A stretch of 8,948 bases of DNA from Candidatus Odinarchaeota archaeon (lineage in GTDB: Archaea > Asgardarchaeota > Odinarchaeia > Odinarchaeales > Odinarchaeaceae), in NCBI GenBank assembly GCA_038826135.1, contig JAWBON010000048.1, positions 1-8,948 of the forward strand, in the 5' to 3' direction. Positions 5,051 to 8,948 of the stretch are shown here, piece by piece. Within the stretch, counting starts at the first letter, position 1. Each line of letters starts with the position of its first letter. The notes under the pieces are model-generated. The model did not search any database. It was not told the DNA's origin and saw nothing but the letters and a program-made list of their open reading frames with translations. Made by a program: the position numbers and the translations under genes.

Positions 5051-6616
5051 GTGAATCAGATGAGTGAAGACAGTGATATAAGATTTAATATGAATGCTAA
5101 GATAATCTTTAATAAAGAATTAACCGGCGCAAGGGAACTTATCAACAAACTCATAGATGAAGCTAATAAAACCGTTCTTTTAAAAGGATTACCGCGTGAT
5201 AAGTTTGAAGAAGGAGCTAAAATCTTAGACTGGTCTGTAAAAGGAGACACTCTCAGTCTGAGAATCGTCTCTGGCAGGTATCTGAGAGCTCACAGCGCAT
5301 TGCTTAGAATATACAAGACGGTGGCTAAAGAGCTGGGGAGTCGGCTTAAAATCGGCGCTAGAAGTATAATAGTTGACGAGTACACGGCAACCATGAATAT
5401 AGACTCTAGTTTAGAGTTTACAATACCTAAAATCCCGACCGTTGAGACTATAGAACGTGAAAATAACACTCTTAAAATATATTTCTCAAACCTTGACGAA
5501 GCCGCCCTTAGAGGCTCTGAAATAGACCGAGCGGTTAAACTTATTCAATCACTAAGCTTACCATCTTTAACTGAACGCGTTACTAAAATAACCCCGGGAA
5601 CAATAATAAGAAAATCTAAACCACGTGAGCACAGATTTAACGAGGATCCTACGATTAAAGCGCTTGAATTAGGATGGTTGGAGGAGTTTCCCGGTAAAGG
5701 GCAGTTCTTCTACACACCACCTATTACAAAATTATATGAGGCTATTAAAAACGTATTCGTAAAAGAGGTGGGTGAGAAACTAGGCTTCCAAGAATGCTTA
5801 TTCCCTAAACTAATACCGTTAGAAGTAATGGATAAAATGAGATATCTGGAAGGCATATGTGAAGGTATGTTCTACTGTTCAGCGCCTGAGCGGGACCCCG
5901 CTTTCTTCGATGATTTTAAAGCTGAACTATATGTGACGAGGAGAATACCTTATAAAAAGCTGAGGGACGCTCTTAAAGACCCTTACTACGCCTTATCCGC
6001 AGCTCAATGCGAACCATTCTACAACTATTTGGGGAGCAAAACTTTGAAGATTAAAAGCTTACCTATAAAATACATGGATCACTCAGGTTACACTTTCCGT
6101 TACGAGGCTGGTGGAGCGAGAGGACTTGAACGAGCATTCGAATTTCAAAGACTTGAATTAGTATGGGCTGCGCTCCCGGAGGAGACGGAGAAAATCAGAG
6201 ACGCCACCTTGCTTGAAACAGAACGCGTAGCTGATGATATTTTAGAGTTAGAATGGTGGACCGAGGTTGGTGACGACCCGTTCTATCTAGTAGGCCGCTT
6301 CTCAGAGGAGCAGGAGGTAAATCTACCTGACGTGCCTAAATACGAGCTTAGAGCAGCTTTACCGTACAAGGGAATGTTTGATAAAAAGAATAGCATCGCA
6401 ACGTCATCATTCAACGTGCACGGTCAACACTATGTTAAGAATTTTTCAACAAAAACAGATAAAGGCGTGGATGTGTGGACAGGCTGCACTGGTATAGGAT
6501 TAACTAGATGGCTTGTAGCATTCCTAGCCCAACACGGTTTTAACAGAGATGAATGGCCTAAAAAAATAATTGAATTAACCGAACCTTTCCCTCAGGTACC
6601 TGATATAAAAGCTTAA
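5051..6616 (+). CDS. serS: Seryl-tRNA synthetase, methanogen-type (type 2, Zn-dependent)
   Basis: It has the atypical alpha/beta N-terminal tRNA-binding domain (F.....I.F...L, ANKTVLLKG, SGRYLRAH.A.LR) and ECLFPKLIP. The Zn-ligand motifs are AQCEPF (Cys), EFQRLE (Glu) and GCTG.G..RW (Cys). Motif 2 reads FRYEAGGARGLER..EF.R.E, and GDDPFY is present. Start is GTG 5051 or ATG 5060. Confidence 0.96.
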   Translation: MNQMSEDSDIRFNMNAKIIFNKELTGARELINKLIDEANKTVLLKGLPRDKFEEGAKILDWSVKGDTLSLRIVSGRYLRAHSALLRIYKTVAKELGSRLKIGARSIIVDEYTATMNIDSSLEFTIPKIPTVETIERENNTLKIYFSNLDEAALRGSEIDRAVKLIQSLSLPSLTERVTKITPGTIIRKSKPREHRFNEDPTIKALELGWLEEFPGKGQFFYTPPITKLYEAIKNVFVKEVGEKLGFQECLFPKLIPLEVMDKMRYLEGICEGMFYCSAPERDPAFFDDFKAELYVTRRIPYKKLRDALKDPYYALSAAQCEPFYNYLGSKTLKIKSLPIKYMDHSGYTFRYEAGGARGLERAFEFQRLELVWAALPEETEKIRDATLLETERVADDILELEWWTEVGDDPFYLVGRFSEEQEVNLPDVPKYELRAALPYKGMFDKKNSIATSSFNVHGQHYVKNFSTKTDKGVDVWTGCTGIGLTRWLVAFLAQHGFNRDEWPKKIIELTEPFPQVPDIKA

Positions 6617-6625
6617 AAAATAGAG

Positions 6626-6633
6626 TTATATAA
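6626..6633 (+). promoter_or_regulatory. Probable TATA box for the P-type ATPase gene
   Basis: TTATATAA preceded by the A-rich AAAAAATAGAG, just after the serS stop. It lies about 27 nt before in-frame GTG 6660 and about 39 nt before ATG 6672. Confidence 0.45.
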
Positions 6634-6671
6634 TCTTCCTATTCTTAAAACATATCGATGTGCATTCAATT

Positions 6672-8948
6672 ATGGAAAAAGAATGGTACTCTATGAAAGA
6701 GGAGGAGCTCTATAAGGAGCTTAAAACCTCTCCCACCGGTCTTTCAAAAGAAGAGGCTAAAAAGAGATTATTAGAATACGGAACCAACGAGTTACAGAGA
6801 CTGAAGCGTAAATCTAAAATAAAATTGTTTATAGAGCAATTCAAAAACGTTCTGATAATAATTCTGCTTGTAGCAGCGTTAATATCAGTAATACTTGGAG
6901 AAATACTAGACGCGGCTGTTATAGGAGTAATCGTGGTTTTAAACGCGGTAATCGGGTTTATTCAAGAATATAAAGCGGAGAAAGCTATAGAAGCATTAAA
7001 AGAGATGGCTGCTCCTCAAACAATAGTTATAAGAGACGGTAAAGAGACCCCGATACCAGCTAAAGAGCTTGTTCCCGGGGATATAATACTTATAGATACA
7101 GGCGACCGGCTTCCAGCCGACGTCAGACTTATAGAAGCCTCAGGTTTGAAAATTGATGAGTCGAGTTTAACAGGCGAGTCAACACCGGTTAAGAAGAATA
7201 TCGAGCCGATTAAAAACGGTTTAGTTACATTAGCTGAGAGAGCTAATATGGGTTTCAGCGGAACCGTGGTAACATCCGGCTATGGTAAAGGGATTGTAAC
7301 AGCTACAGGTATGAGTACCGAAATAGGTCAGATAGCGACCATGATACAGGAAGAAGAGGATAAGGAAACTCCTCTACAGAGAAAATTAGACACGCTGGGT
7401 AAAAAAATAGGTCAAATAGTAATTGTTTTATGTGTGATAGTTTTCATAGCTGGCTTTCTGAGAGGTATACCTTTCATCGAGATTTTTCTAGCATCCGTGG
7501 GTTTAGCTGTAGCGGCTATACCTGAAGGCTTACCTGCGATAGTTACAATGGGCTTAGCACTCGGTATCCAGAGGATGGCTAAAAGAAACGCTATAATAAG
7601 GAAGCTACCCGCGGTTGAAACCCTAGGAAGTGCAAACGCTATATGCTCTGATAAAACAGGAACACTTACCAAAAACGAGATGACTGTTAGAAGAATTCAC
7701 TTAGCATCCACATCATTTGAAATTACAGGGCAGGGGTACGCTCCTAGAGGCGAATTCCTTAATAAAGGTGAGAAAATAGATCCGCTGTCCCACGAGGATT
7801 TAAAACTTTTAATCACGATTGGAGCGTTATGCAATAATTCAACACTTTCATTCGACGCCCAGAAAAACCGCTGGTTTATCACAGGCGACCCGACCTCAGG
7901 TGCACTAATAGTACTCGCCGAGAAAGCTGGTTTAAGGCAATCTGAACTTGTTAAACAATACAAACGGATTGCGGAGATACCATTCGACTCAGAGCGTAAA
8001 AGAATTGTAACCTTGCATGAAAACCCTGGTGAAGGGCGAATTCTATTTGTAAGCGGCGCCCCTGACGTTTTATTAGAATTATCTGGTTATTACTTGGATA
8101 ACGGTCAAGTTAAAAAACTCGATGAAGATAAGAAGAGGATGTTTCTGAAATTAAATGACGAAATGGCTGCCGCAGCCTTAAGAGTTATAGCTTTAGCTTA
8201 TAAGAAAATGGATGCCGAGAAAGTTATAGTTGAAGACCCGAATGTTGACAGGGGCCTCGTCTTTGCAGGTTTAGTCGGGATGATGGATCCGCCTAGAGCT
8301 GAGGTTAAGGATGCTATAAAATTAGCTTCAAAAGCAGGTATTAAGACTATTATGATAACCGGCGACCATCAGAACACAGCCGCTGCAATAGCTAGGGAGC
8401 TTGGAATACTAGGTGAAGGCGACATTGTCCTTACAGGCAAGCAGCTTGACGAAATGTCTATTGATGAACTTGAGAAAATAGTTGATAAAGTAAAAGTTTA
8501 TGCGCGTGTGTCCCCGAAGCATAAAATGCAAATAGTGAAAGCGTTGAAAAGGAGAGGCAGTATACTTGCAATGACAGGGGACGGTGTTAACGATGCTCCT
8601 GCTCTAAAATCCTCGGATATAGGGGTTTCTATGGGTATTGCCGGAACAGATGTGGCTAAAGAAGCCTCTGATATGGTTCTGGCTGATGATAATTTCTCAA
8701 CTATAGTCGCTGCTGTTGAAGAAGGAAGAATGGTTTACGATAATATTAAGAAGGTGGTTAAGTACCTTATTTCAACCAACTTCGGGGAAATTTTAACCAT
8801 CTTCGTAGGTATCATTATAGGCTTACCGCTACCGATATTAGCGCTTCAAATACTTTGGATTAATCTCGTAACCGATGGGTTGCCTGCATTAGCCCTAGGG
8901 GTGGAACCTGCTGAGGGTGATCTTATGATGCGGAAGCCACGTGATCCA
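6672..8948 (+). CDS. P-type ATPase, type IIA (SERCA-like Ca2+-translocating); partial, runs off the window end
   Basis: Manual translation from ATG 6672 is open for 759 codons to the window end: MEKEWYSM...[19 protein letters not shown]. It contains TGES (7170-7181), M4 [10 protein letters not shown], the phosphorylation motif DKTGT (Asp327, 7650-7652), [27 protein letters not shown]5 YLISTNFGE and M6 [14 protein letters not shown]. Absent from the ORF track because the stop is outside the window. Confidence 0.97.
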   Translation, partial: MEKEWYSMKEEELYKELKTSPTGLSKEEAKKRLLEYGTNELQRLKRKSKIKLFIEQFKNVLIIILLVAALISVILGEILDAAVIGVIVVLNAVIGFIQEYKAEKAIEALKEMAAPQTIVIRDGKETPIPAKELVPGDIILIDTGDRLPADVRLIEASGLKIDESSLTGESTPVKKNIEPIKNGLVTLAERANMGFSGTVVTSGYGKGIVTATGMSTEIGQIATMIQEEEDKETPLQRKLDTLGKKIGQIVIVLCVIVFIAGFLRGIPFIEIFLASVGLAVAAIPEGLPAIVTMGLALGIQRMAKRNAIIRKLPAVETLGSANAICSDKTGTLTKNEMTVRRIHLASTSFEITGQGYAPRGEFLNKGEKIDPLSHEDLKLLITIGALCNNSTLSFDAQKNRWFITGDPTSGALIVLAEKAGLRQSELVKQYKRIAEIPFDSERKRIVTLHENPGEGRILFVSGAPDVLLELSGYYLDNGQVKKLDEDKKRMFLKLNDEMAAAALRVIALAYKKMDAEKVIVEDPNVDRGLVFAGLVGMMDPPRAEVKDAIKLASKAGIKTIMITGDHQNTAAAIARELGILGEGDIVLTGKQLDEMSIDELEKIVDKVKVYARVSPKHKMQIVKALKRRGSILAMTGDGVNDAPALKSSDIGVSMGIAGTDVAKEASDMVLADDNFSTIVAAVEEGRMVYDNIKKVVKYLISTNFGEILTIFVGIIIGLPLPILALQILWINLVTDGLPALALGVEPAEGDLMMRKPRDP

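Noticed and set aside
5056-5250. 64-aa - strand ORF
   Set aside because: Antisense to serS; a shadow ORF.
7412-7963. - strand ORFs 7412-7672 and 7697-7963
   Set aside because: Antisense to the conserved M4/P/N-domain region of the P-type ATPase, which the ORF track omitted.
1-8948. CRISPR array, IS element, prophage or structural RNA gene
   Set aside because: No regularly spaced repeats, transposase or integrase motifs, or rRNA/tRNA structure were seen. All intergenic gaps are under 160 nt.

Overview
AT-rich archaeal chromosomal window with no rRNA, tRNA, CRISPR array or mobile element visible. The gene content suggests a TACK/Asgard-type archaeon, possibly Odinarchaeia, but that is inference only. 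It holds seven CDSs: (1) a 3'-truncated catalytic tRNA-splicing endonuclease subunit, endA (1-420, -), missed by the ORF track and carrying a crenarchaeal-type specificity loop; (2) a DUF47/PhoU-like protein upstream of it in an apparent operon; (3) a divergent single-ORF fusion of a BacA/UppP polyprenyl-pyrophosphate phosphatase with a DedA/VTT (TVP38/TMEM41-type) domain; (4) a convergent 333-aa orphan that looks like two PH-like domains; (5) a divergent 374-aa orphan; (6) a methanogen-type (type 2) seryl-tRNA synthetase; (7) a 3'-truncated SERCA-like P2A Ca2+-ATPase (6672-8948, +), also missed by the ORF track. The best candidate for an undescribed system is the UppP-DedA fusion, a possible one-chain 'dephosphorylate and flip' recycler for the archaeal dolichol-type lipid carrier. 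Next are the paired Glu->Ser and Lys->Ser changes in the ATPase nucleotide pocket and the PH/FERM-C-like orphan.
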